From Octopus sinensis (Eukaryota), in assembly GCF_006345805.1 (NCBI RefSeq), contig NC_043005.1:1302001-1366000 (forward strand): a stretch of DNA of 64,000 nucleotides, written 5' to 3'. The position numbers were made by a program, and so were the translations under genes. This document shows positions 34,430-46,720 of the stretch, one piece after another. The stretch's first letter is position 1; every line of letters begins with the position of its first letter. The notes beneath the pieces are model-generated. The model saw nothing but the letters and a program-made list of their open reading frames with translations, made no database searches and was not told the DNA's origin.

Positions 34430-35190
34430 AGCACAGAGAATCCTGATAGGAAATTCGTGCACATGCCAACATATCAGTGTGTTTACAAAATGCAAGTGTG
34501 CATTTGCAAATGTGTGTGCTTACATATGCACATGCATTTTTGCCAATGTGCGTGTGTGTGTGTGTTAGTGTATGCTGTAATCTCTAAATACCGTTGTGAG
34601 TTGAAACAAAAACATTTCAAGAATTTCCTATGGATTTGCATCATAGGTGAGGTGAGGGTAGGAGTGGTGATGTTATCTATACGGTGGGGGTGGGGTGAAG
34701 GGAAAGAAACGGGCAAAGATGAGAGATGGAAAGCTGATGAAAAGAACACATGTGAGAGAGAGAGAAGGAGGAGGAGGAATGAGATGAAGCAGGCAGTCAG
34801 CCAAAAAAGTTAAAAGAAAAATGTTTCTAGAAAAAAATTAATTACAAACACCACCACCACCCTCCCCCATTAGCAGAAATTTTATTACCAAACAAAAAAA
34901 AAAAGTGACTGTTGTTGCTGTTAGTACTGTAATAACATTAAGAAGAGTTTCTGTTGGATAACCAACCTATTATTGAAGGATATCTTCATCTAAATATTTA
35001 TTATGTTTTTTTCTTTTTCTCAAACTAGGTGCACGCCAATACATTCACACACACACACAATGAGTTAAAGACATACATCTCTGGATAGTACCAGAGCTGT
35101 TAATTTTGGAATTAGTTCGGGAATGTAGGTTCAACTTGACGTTGTCTTAGATTATTTTTTATGATATTCTTTACCTGCTTCTTTTGGCAG

Positions 35191-35272
35191 ACATGAGAGA
35201 GTTTATGGAGAAAAAGAAGAAAAAAAACCACCCCAAGACAAGCTCCCGTTTCAGGCTGACCCTGAAGCTAAG
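35191..35272 (+). CDS. Candidate internal coding exon (82 nt) of an unidentified host gene
   Basis: Acceptor ctttacctgcttcttttggcag and donor AAG|gtgggt. Open frame HERVYGEKEEKKPPQDKLPFQADPEAK; a second frame is also open. Lies in non-repetitive sequence. Confidence 0.5.
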
Positions 35273-35799
35273 GTGGGTTACATCATTTGGGTTAGGTTAG
35301 GCTTCTCTCTCTCTCTCTCTGTGCTTTGCTTTCTCCACTTCAAAAAGCTAGCATGCCCTCCCCAACATCTCTCCCTTAATGACATTCTAAACGTTCCTAA
35401 AGTTCCAAAATAAACTTTTTAAAAGTCTTGCATGTCTTTTCTACTTTTAAATTGTAAAAACTTTTTTTTACTTTCCTTTCCCTGTCTCTCTTTCTCTAAA
35501 AACAAGGAGAAAGAAAAGGGAAGAAACAATTTTGCAAGAAACATTACTAAACAACAAAACATGCTAATTATTATAGATATAGAGACAAAACCTGCAACTG
35601 GAGTAGAGAAGCTGGAAATATCCTTTTTACTGACTTTTTTTAATTATTAATTTTATTTTGTGCATTTGTGAATGGTAAAGTCATTGCTTATAGGTTTCCC
35701 TGGGGCCAAGTGATATATTTAACTTATCTGAATAAACACCAGAAAGTAGGAAATGATACATGGATCTATTAGTAATATATTGGTGATGTCAATTGCACC

Positions 35800-35854
<55 letters not shown>

Positions 35855-36335
35855 CAAACCAACACAAGGGTATATCTACATGATGGATTTCTACAGTTTC
35901 CATCTGCTTCATTTCACAAGGCATTAATTTGAGGTTATAATAAAAGTAATTTACCCAAGGTTGCTCTACAATGGAATTGAACCAACAATCACATGGCTGC
36001 AAAGTGACATTGTTAATTACATGGCTAAGCCTTCAGCTTCTTTATATCCATTGGGTGGCCGATACCCACAACACTGAAAGCTGTCTATGTCTACTTTTGG
36101 CAATTATAGATGCATATTTGAATACAGATGTAAATAAAAATGTTTGTATGTGTGCATATATAATACACACACACACACACACACAAATTATTTGCAGTGA
36201 TAATATTATGTATAGTATTTATAAGTAGCAGTTGGAGTCTAAGTGTAAATTACAAGTACACATATGAGTGTGTGAATGTACGAGTATGAGTGAATGTGTT
36301 CAAGAGCTGGCGTAAGAGTTTGAGTGAGAGCAGAA

Positions 36336-36381
36336 GTGGACATGTGCAGATGTGGACATGTGCAGATGTGGACATGTGCAA
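36336..36381. repeat. 16-bp tandem repeat x3 (gtggacatgtgcagat)
   Basis: Directly visible. Confidence 0.95.
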
Positions 36382-37090
36382 TATTAGTGATTGTATGTGA
36401 AGATAATAACAATTGCATGGATGTAGTGTTTATTAATTAGACCATTCATAATCAATTTGTGGTCTTTGGGTTTATTGGTGCCATATTCCTGGAATGACAT
36501 CTGGTTTGTCTTTGACTGAAGTGAAGTAAGCTTCATAGATTATAAGTATATCGTTATTGCCAGTCGTGCCATAATTATTGTAGTGTATGAAGAAGCAAAA
36601 GCGCAAGGTGAGCATGACACAGAGTCAGGCATGGATAAAGGAAGTGAAAGTAGACAAACAATAAGAGTAATAGCAGTAGTAGTAGTTATAAAACAGTGGT
36701 GGTGGTGGTAGTAGTTGTAGCAGCAGCAGCAGTGGTGGTAGTAGTAGTGGTAGTCAAGTGATCAGTGCATGCAACAATAGCAGTCATTGTGTGTGTGTGT
36801 GTGTGTGCATGATGCCTGCTTCTTGCCTGTTTCCCCATGCATGCACCAATCTTTGTAAAAGTAGTAAGTGGAGAGCTGTAGCAGAATGTTGCAGAAAAGC
36901 CATGAAAGCGTGAGATTCGAGTGCATTGAAGAAGATGCAGCAGCATTGGTAGGATTGAGTAAGAGACGGAACAACATTGCACTGCTATACAGATTCACAC
37001 GGCGAGAAGCGGGGGGGGGGGACCTTCTACACAGATTGTTACTATTACTGTTACATACAGTAACATTCTTCTTCATCTTATTGCTATTTG

Positions 37091-37124
<34 letters not shown>

Positions 37125-38334
37125 ATTGACATATTGTAACATTAATGTTTTATTGATTATTGACAATATGCTGTTGTCACAGAGCTTATTGTAGGAACTT
37201 GTGACAAGGACGAGTAATATTGGCCATAACTCTGACAATAAATAGACAGGGAGGGAGATGTGCCAAGAGTAATATGGTTTCTATAAACTTAGGAAGCTGA
37301 AAGTCAAGTGTTTGGTGATAATAGATGAAAGGGCCGATTGAGGATTGAGCAGAATGTTTGTATGTAACATCTGCTGTGTGGGGGAACAATAAATAAATAG
37401 AAACTAACTGAAAAAACCCCCCCAAAAAAACTACTACATAATATGAAACTGGCTGCTATAAAGCATCATAAAGACCATTATTGTTTGTTTATCACACTGA
37501 AACTTTGACAATCTAGAATAAGAAAGGAGATAAGTTTTGAGTTTCAAATTATAGAAGAAAAAAAACAAAACACATATCTCAAAAAAGCTCTCCTCTTCTC
37601 GAAAACTCAGAAGTGTTTTGGTATTTTGTTGCTTGATGTAAGAAAAATTTATTTTAAATATCTGGGATCAATCTATATAAATTATACATAAAGTGCTCGT
37701 TTTTAAGTCCACTTTTCCATGTTGGTAAAGGTTGAATGTGACCTTTTTGAGGAAGCTGTCTTGCAACCAGATGCTCGTCATATTAACAGCCCTTTTACTC
37801 ATTTCTTATAATGTGCAAGCTCATATGGTGTACCTATTGTATAAAACTGAGATACACAAACATGTAGGGGGGTGGAGTCTAATTTGCTACACAAATCCAC
37901 ACCCAACTATATAGTATTTGGAGATGAAGCATAGAGTGAGACAGTTCTTTATAGAATTAGGAACAGGATACACACTGGTGGAATCGTTGGCAAAAGTGAA
38001 TTTTGTATTTTTTTATTAGTTTTGTAGCAATCTTCTTTATGAAGTGATGGTACCTACATCATTCATGCTGTTTGCTTTCCACTGAAAAGCCAGATATGTC
38101 TATTCTTACATATTAGCTGTTCATATATGAAGAAGGGCTTGAGTACCATGAGCATGGAACATTTCAATGACAAATTGTATTTTGCTGAAATCGTTGACAT
38201 TATTTGTTGTATTTTTGCTTTTATTTTTCTTTTGGCTTTTATGAGTTTAGGAAATAATGTTAAAACTTTTATCTACTGTTAGGTGCTTTCAACCTGAAAA
38301 AGATTTTAAAGTATTTTGGTATTTTATTTTTAAA

Positions 38335-40709
38335 GTGTTCTGGGAAGGTAACTGTGATGGGGTAGGTGGGGTGGGCATACTTCTGGCATAGAAATGGTTT
38401 GATACAGTCATAAAGGTAACCAGAGTGTGTGATACAGTACTTAAACTCAAGCTAGTTTTTCAGAATAGTAGAGTGACAATTGTCTCTGCCTATGCCCCCT
38501 AAGTGGGTCTACCAAATGAAAAAAAGATCACATCTATGATATCTTTCTGCAGGCTACCTCAAAGACAAATGACAATGATCTTGTCTTCCTGGCTGATGAT
38601 TTCAATGGGCATGTTGGACAGCAGCCAGGAAGCCAGCCAGCCATTTGATAACTCATCAATTATGTGACCACCCTAGCCAGATTGATAACATTCTCACCAC
38701 ACAGGGAGATACATGGTTGCTCATAAACACAAAAACCTTCCCTGGTGAAGAATGTACCCCCCCCCTCTGCATAGATTATTTATTAGTGACTTTAGACTTC
38801 AGGTTAGAAAGGCATCATGAAGAAGACCAGTCAGGAAAAGAAGAATCTGGAAGCTTAAGGATCCTCTGTATGGTCAGAGATTTAGGGATACCCTAATTGA
38901 GAAATTTGATTAGAGGGAGGAGGAACTACAGACTTGTAACGTAGAGGACAACTTGGAATTTCTTCAGGACAGCTTGCTGAGAGTCACAGACCAAATCTGC
39001 AGTTGGTGCAAAGTCCTATCTAGACTGAAGGAGACATGGTGGTGGAGTGATGCTGTAGACAAAGCTATTAGAGCAAAGAAACAGGCCTGGAAGCACTGAG
39101 GCAATATGGAATTGTATGAGATAGCCAGAAGGGAAGCTAGGAGGCATTCAGTAGATTTAGCCAGGGAAGAAAAGCAGAAGTCTGCCAATGTTCTGTGAGG
39201 AGCAGAGACTTGAAGTGTTTTAGATTGCAAAGACAGTGTATGAGAGAAAATTGTGATGTCATAGGAGAGAAATGTGACCCAAGGCTGATGGTTCACTTGC
39301 ATTTAATGATTTTGCAAAAAAAAAAGAGGCTTAGAAATGCCATTATGAAAGGCTGAATGAAGAGAATGAATGGGAGAAGGAGAGTCTGCCAAATGTTGAC
39401 ACAAGTGAGGGACCAGATATCCGAATCAATAGTACCTTGGTAGATAAAGCAATTAAGGATATGAAAACAGGGAAAGTCCCTGGCCCATCAAGAATCACAG
39501 CTGAGATGCTTAAAATATCTGGTAATCTTAGTAAGTAGGAAAGCAGACAAATCACAAATCCCTTCAGACTGATGGCCCTGCTTGATCTGTAAGAAATGTG
39601 TAGGTAGAAATTCCATAAGATGTACTTGGTGTAAACTATAGACACATAAGAGGTGTGGCATTCAGAAGAAGGTTAACAGGGAAAAAAATTTTTGTGTGTG
39701 GTAGGTACACAGGTAGGCTCCATCAAATGCCAGGGGGAAAACTAGAAGTAGTCAACAGTTTTTGTTGCCTAGGTAACCAAGTCAATAGCAGGGGTGGATG
39801 CTCTGAGAGTGTAACTGCTAGAATAAGTTGGACAAAGTTCAGAGAGCTCCTATCTCTGTTGCTAACAAAGGGCCTCTCTCTCAGAGTGAAAGGCAGACTG
39901 TATGATGCCTATGTGCAAACAGCCATGTTACATGGCAGTAAAACATAAGCTGTAACAGCTGTGGACGTGTGTAGGCTTGAAAGAAATGTAGCTTGTATGC
40001 CTCACTGGATGTGTAATGTCAGTGTGCATGTACAACAGAGTGTAAGCTGGGAATAAGAGGCATCAGACGTGGTGAACAAGAGAGACAACTGCATTGGTAT
40101 AGTCATGCGATGCATATAGATGTGGACAGTTGTGTGAAGAAGTGCCAATCTCTACCAATGGAAGGAAGGTGTGGAAGAGGCAGACCCAGGAAGACATGGG
40201 ACGAGGTGGTGAAACATGATCTTCAAATGTTGGGCCTCATGGAGTCAATGACTAGTGACTGAGAAAAGTGAAATCATAGCTGTGGTTGTCGTTGGTGTTA
40301 CATAAAAAGTACCTCTTGAGCGCTGGACCTCACAGAGGTAATGTGGCTGATGCTGGTGTCCCATAAGTAGCCCCTGTGCTGGTGACATGTAAAAAGCACC
40401 TTCTGAGTGTTTGGCTTCACATAGGCAATGACAAGTGACTTGCTTGAGAAGACCCATCATCAAACCAAGTGAAATGGTAGCCATGGCAGCAGATATTGGT
40501 GTCATGCGAACTCACACTCATGCCGGTGGCATGTAAAAACACCCATTACACTCTCAGAGTGGTCAACGTTAGGAAGGGCATCCAGCTACAGAAACCATAC
40601 CAAATCATGCTAGAGTGTGGTACAGCCCCTCAGCTTACCAGCTCTGGTCAAACTGTCCAACCCATGCCAGCATGGACAATGGATGCTAAATGATGATGAT
40701 GATGATGAT
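38335..40709 (+). mobile_element. RTE-clade LINE with APE endonuclease remnants; most of the RT core deleted
   Basis: GVGGVGILL, SAYAP.VG, DDFNGHVG, QIDNIL, TWWW, GKVPGPS.ITAEML. It then jumps near 39522 to the PHD-like region, LEVVNSFCCLG and GRGRPRKTW, then the 3'UTR and (TGA)n. Confidence 0.9.
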
Positions 40710-41719
40710 AATGTTCCAATTATTTAACAACCTAAATGACTTACTAATCAAATTAATCAATGAGCTAAATGATTTATTAATTAAAATCCGTGTGTGAGTG
40801 GCTGAGTATCTCACAAACACATCTACTTTCTACATAGTGTAACAAGGTTGTTCCTTTATATTACAGGTAAAATTCATCCAATCAATTTCCAAACAGTTTC
40901 TGTCTTCCCAGTTTTACTCACAAAACTGTTGGAAGTTATTTAGTGTGTGTGTGTGGGGGGGGGAACCATTGAAAATGGATTCTAGATGTTATGCAAGCAG
41001 ATTGCTCAGGATTTTCTGATTGTAAAGTGAGGTGCTTAACCATCGGCCACACCCTTGTCTATATCCATCGGTAGATGTGGATGACTGACACTTCATATAA
41101 TTTAGTATATTCTAGAAAGCAATACCATTTCAAAATAAAATAAATTCCTCAACTGGAACCAAACCACATTACATGATACTGTTCAGACTTTAGTCTTTTA
41201 CTAAACTAGATATTTTAAAACAAAATTTTCCGACACTGAGTTGTTCGTATAAGTTTCTTGTGGTAATTCTTAAGATATTACAATACTGAATGCTAGCATT
41301 GACAGCTCCATGCTTGAATTGCTTTCAGATAAGCAATCAGATAGCACAAGTGGGGACAGTAAGGGTTAGGGTTAGGTTAGCTATACCTATAAGGCTTGTT
41401 ACACATGCACCAGATCTTTGGTCCTGTGTGTGATAATGAAAGAAATAAAAATGATCATGTTCATACCTTTGCTAGGAACATTAGTAACATAGAGAGAGCC
41501 AAACAATAACTGAAATTGCATCAAAAACTGAGTTCTGAGAGAGATGACCACCACTACAAATACTACCTAATGGAAATAATCTGATCATTCTTCTGAAGAA
41601 TATGGTGAAACTGAATATGGGAGCAGCATCAGCAGTAATGATACTATTATCAGTGACAAACTATTATCAGAGTAAAATGAATTGAAACCAAATCAAATCC
41701 TTTCCTCACACTTTTGATT

Positions 41720-41731
41720 TGTGTGTGTGTG

Positions 41732-41784
<53 letters not shown>

Positions 41785-41918
41785 AAAGAGGGAGGCGGAG
41801 CAGGAGAAGGAAAGAGAGAGGAGAGAGACAGAAAGAAGGAGAGAGAGAGAGAAGGAAAGAGAGAGAAGGAAAGAGAGAGAAGGAAAAAGAGAGAAGGAGA
41901 GAGAGGAGAGAGAGAGAG
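41720..41918. repeat. (GT)n/(GA)n compound low-complexity tract
   Basis: Directly visible. Confidence 0.95.
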
Positions 41919-44248
41919 TAGACTGATCATATTGGTGCATCTTCATCTTTAGAGAAACAGAAGAATGCTGCAACTCATTTGACTTTTGATGCAGCCATTC
42001 CGGAAGAGAATCAATGAATTTGATTCCCTTTAATTAAGGCAGTGTTAAATGACTGAGTGAAAGAGAATATTGGTAAGGTGACACAAATGCCAGGAAGACT
42101 TTGTTAAATACAAGAACTCTATTATTAGAATAATATTACACAGCTGCCTGCTGGCAAGATTCCAAACCAACAAACTTACCAATCATTTAACTTGTATTTT
42201 TTATTTATTTCTATGTAAAAACAAGTGACAATTGATATGACATCGTTAAAAAAGCTGTTATTTTGGAAATAACCACAGATTACTTCAAATACAAAACTTT
42301 GCTTTGGTTTATTTGGTTCTTTTTAATCTGACCATTTTAACATTCCAGTTCAGTTGGTTTCATAAGACTGAAAATTCAGGCATTTGTATAATTGATAGTT
42401 TATAAGTGATTAATGCCAGGAAACTCCCTACCACACATCCTGATATCTAACTGATCAACCAAAAGTGCCATCTATTTCTTCAAAAGAAGTGACAAAGGCA
42501 AACAGACAATACCTCATCTCAACCAGAAACAGTAGAACCAAAAGACAAAGCTTCAAATAATAGTACCTGCCACCCCTTTGAAATCCAATACTTCCATTTC
42601 ATTTCAATATAGGCTTATACCAAAACCACTTCCTAGATTCTTACTTGAACCTAGACACTCAAAAATAGTGTGTAGTAAAAGGCATCAGGTAGAACCAACT
42701 TCATTATTCAATTTAGAATGAAAACATCATTACCAAACCTGTGGCAGAAGCAGGGACTTATGATTTCAGAGTTTCTTCAATTGCAAAACTCATTAGCAAC
42801 ACTCGGTTCCACTAACTGATTATAAAGGATCAATTGTTAAAGTATACATCAATAAATAAGTCATACTTGATTCTAGATACTACTACTAAGAAAAAAAGAT
42901 CTTCCAGGGCAATCTTGTTACATAAAGGAATAACTAATGTGTATCAGCCATAATCAATATTAATAAACAAGCAAATGTACTAATTAACCCATTCTTGAAA
43001 TTTGATGTCAGTAAATCTGGAAGCTGTAAAAGAAAGCCTTATCATCTTGCATCAAAATGTCTACCTTAAGAATCCTATTCTTTTACTGGCAGAGCAACAG
43101 CTTCTGTTACGTTTATATCTATTTTTGTATGTACCTCCACCACTTTCCTGACTGTATGCCTAGCTTCTACTAGACAATGAAATGAGAAAGCATTCAACCA
43201 CATTGTATAACTGGTACTGATGATATGAATACCAGAACGCAACACGTTTTTATGCCAGAATCAATAAGTGAAGAAGTATGAGGATGAAGATAAAGAATTA
43301 ACCTGGGCTGGCAGTGATTGGTGGCCTCTGTGCAGGGGCTATTCAAATTACAGTAGGAAGAGCAACTAAAGTTCTCCTTCAAATCACATAGCTCCTTCAT
43401 ACCATTGTAATAATGAACCAACACATTGGCTAAAAGTTGTCCTAGATACACTGTACTTGAAAATATGATGTGATAATTACTGCTGGGATACCTTCGATCA
43501 AAGATCTCCTGGACCAATGCTGACCCGTGGCTAAACAACAGAAAGTCCTCATTTTATCCTTTAACACAAAAATAGGTGAAAAACAAAGATGAGCCAAGCA
43601 GAACATAAATGTTGGAACCTGACAAATACACAACTAGGAACTGTATGAAACTGTACATGAATGTGCTTCTTCTTTGCTATTACTGTGCCAAATACATTGT
43701 GTTGAAATTAAATACAAACTGACAGGTAAAGTGCAAATATCTATCAGAGTAATGAAGTATGCCAAAGTCAGGATCTGAAGCAAAGTTATTGATCTCATGT
43801 AGAAACCAAGATCTCATCTATGTGAATGTGTGGTGGGTGGTGGGTGTGTGTGTGTGTGTATATATATAGAATAGAAGTCAAATCAGCCTGCTGAATAATT
43901 TCAAATAGTTGACTTAAATAGAGCTTGAAAAAGATTCCATCAAATAAGAATATCATCAGCTCCCCGCCACCCATGTTTGCCTCTTTTACATTTCACAGAG
44001 ATTTATAACAACCCTAAACCATCATTCAAAGCGTCAGAGGAATCCAGAAAACAAGCCAACCACCTGAGAAGCCGAGAGGGAAAGAGACAGTGGGGGAGGG
44101 GAAGACGGATGGAGAAAGGTGGGGAGTGGTGGGCAGAGAAAAACAAAATAAAAGAACCAAAACACATACAAGATGAAGAGAAATATAAAAAAAATAGCTT
44201 TAAATTGATTAGAAATGTTCTACATATTTCAATATTGCAATCAGAAAC

Positions 44249-44307
44249 TGCAGCAGCAGCAGTACCACCACCACCACCACCACCACCACCACCACCACCA
44301 CCACCAC
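44249..44307. repeat. (CAG)n/(CCA)n trinucleotide repeat
   Basis: Directly visible. Confidence 0.95.
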
Positions 44308-45631
44308 TTAGTGGTTGGGTGAGGGTAGGGCTGATGGGGGAGGTGTGGTATAAAGGGTTACAATGGTAGATTGTTGGTAAGAGCATTGATGGCAGCAAGA
44401 GTAAAGGATATTGGAGGTGACAGACTGAGAGAGCGAAAGATGAGAAATGGAGGGAAAGAGAGAGAGAGAGAGAAAGGAGAGTAAAACAAAAATTCTTTCC
44501 AATCCTTTTTTTTTCTTTTTGTGAGTGTGTTTTTGTTGTTGATGTTGTTATTGTCACCGATAATTGATTAAAAGTATTTTATTAAATGTAACTTAATATT
44601 TGGTGGCGGCGAGGGTTGACTATAAATGGTGACATAGGAGTAGAGATAGACTTTGGTGGTGGTGGTGGTGATGCTGATGATAATATTGATATGCTACAGC
44701 GGCTGCTATTAGTGACGGTGGCGGCGGTGTTATGGTGATGTTAGTAAATGCTGGTGATCATAGAGTGAGACAATTGCCATTGTGGCTGCAGGGAATTCTA
44801 TTTTAAATAATGTTCTAGTTATACTAACAAACATCTAAATCTTAAATTGCATGATATCGAAAGGTTTATTCACTGGACACAGACATTAGTGTGATGATGT
44901 TTACAGTTTGACATAGAACAGAAGTGTGTAGAGTCCCATACTCGAATAATATGTACGTGCTTTTGAAGTTCCTAAAAGATCAGAACTTCAAAACCAAACT
45001 CTACTAGTGAACCAAACTAACATCAATACATTAATGCAAGCACCACTTGGATTGCTACTTTCAATTCACTGAGGACCGTTGATATCCACTCAAATGCCAA
45101 CATGAAATTCCAATTCCAATGCTACTGAATTCAGATCCACTGTAAATGTTTCATTGTACTCGTGTGATATTGCCTTAATATGAAATATTGTGACTATATT
45201 TTATAGAAAGCTAAAAATACTAGAAATGATGGTATGAATTAGGTTTTCGTTAGTAACATCATGTTATTTGTTGTAAGCATCTGAAAAGCTAATTTGTTGA
45301 AACTCTATCAAAATACTTTCCAGTTTTAATTTATCTCTTGATACTGCATAGCTATGGACCTTAAGCGCATGTCTGAATGAAGGTTATGTTAATTTGCCCA
45401 AATTGATCTTGGTAAACCTGCCTAGATGCTACTCATTACAGTGAGCCACTTTACAAATCAAAGTGGATATTTACACTAAGACCCCAGTTTCATAGCTTCT
45501 GCCTTCAAGTAATGTTTGAGTAAGTTACCGTATCAAGTTCTAATCTTTCGATAACATGAAATGACTTAAAAGCAACGAGTGTTTGGTTACATTTGACAAT
45601 GTACTGAACATTGTTCACTATCTGAGAGAAG

Positions 45632-46720
45632 CATCATCATCATCTGCTTTCCGTGCTGGCATGGGTTGGATGGTTTGACAAGAGTTAGTAAGCCAGAGGA
45701 CAGCACCAGTTCTATTATCTGCTTTGGCATGGTTTCTGAGGCTGGATTCCCTTCCCGCAAAATGTACTGGGTGCTTCTTACATAACACCAGCACTGGCAG
45801 GGTCACCAAGTAACTTGCAAGATAAGGACCCACCCCCTCAACTGGAAGGGGGGAATGGCATTGAGAGAGGTCACTGTGTACCAGGTGATGAGAATTTACA
45901 AAATAATAGAAGGATAGAAATAAGTGTCTTGATGTAGAAGAGGCACATGGCTACCCCAGTCAAAAACGAAAGGAGACAGAGAAAGAGAAAGGAGGGAAAG
46001 AGAGATGGTGATGTGTTGAGATATACCCCCAAGGTACAGCTGGGACTGAATATAAATAGTACAGATGACTGGACAGGGTGAGTCAGTAAAGAGGGATAGA
46101 GGGGTAATTCTCATAAGAGTGAAAAGAGAGATGATTAGAGATGGAGTAGAGATGATTGTAGCAGGTGATGGTTCAAAGGGAGTTATGGGAGATAAGTGAG
46201 CACATTTTGATTGATAGCAGATAAAGAGGAGTTAAGGATGGAATATATAGGAGAAGGGAGAGAGAGGTGATTTGGGCAGGGAAGATGAGAAACGAAAGAA
46301 GTTGTTCCGAGGGAGGGGGAAGAGGAAGGTAATGAGAAGTGGGGTGGGGGGAATGTGATGTGTGCCGATTCTACTCTTGGAAAAGTGCCACAGACAGAGA
46401 AGTGATGAGTGTTAGGGGATGAGATGTAAGGGAAATGCAAACATTACCAAGGTAGTTTTTATGATATCATTTCTGCTGTGGTAGACAGGTCTTCTTGAGT
46501 ACAACAAAATGCCAATCATCTTGGTCCTTTGTCACCTCCTCCATAAGGCTCAGTATATTGAGACCAGCCTTCATCCCATGTCTTCCTGGGAGACATGGGA
46601 TGAAGTTCAATCCACTTTAAGTGATTGGCACTTCTTTATGCAATAAGACATCATATGACGAAACCGGTGCACTTTTCGCTCTTGCACATGCCTAACTTTT
46701 CTTAAGCATGGAAAAGAGTG
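45632..46720 (-). mobile_element. Older RTE-subfamily 3' part (ORF end + ~800-bp 3'UTR)
   Basis: Tail at 45632-45800 and purine-rich (plus strand) UTR. The ORF-end remnants (PRKTWDE, IKKCQSL) are at 46480-46720. Confidence 0.7.

Noticed and set aside
41362-41380. Telomere-like (TTAGG/TTAGGG) repeats, also near 35290
   Set aside because: Only about three units; too short to call an interstitial telomere.
43977-44557. Poly-Pro / poly-Gly ORFs on both strands
   Set aside because: Produced by a (CCA)n microsatellite, with no domain or splice support. The same applies to the many YIYI, HTHT and RERE ORFs in the track.
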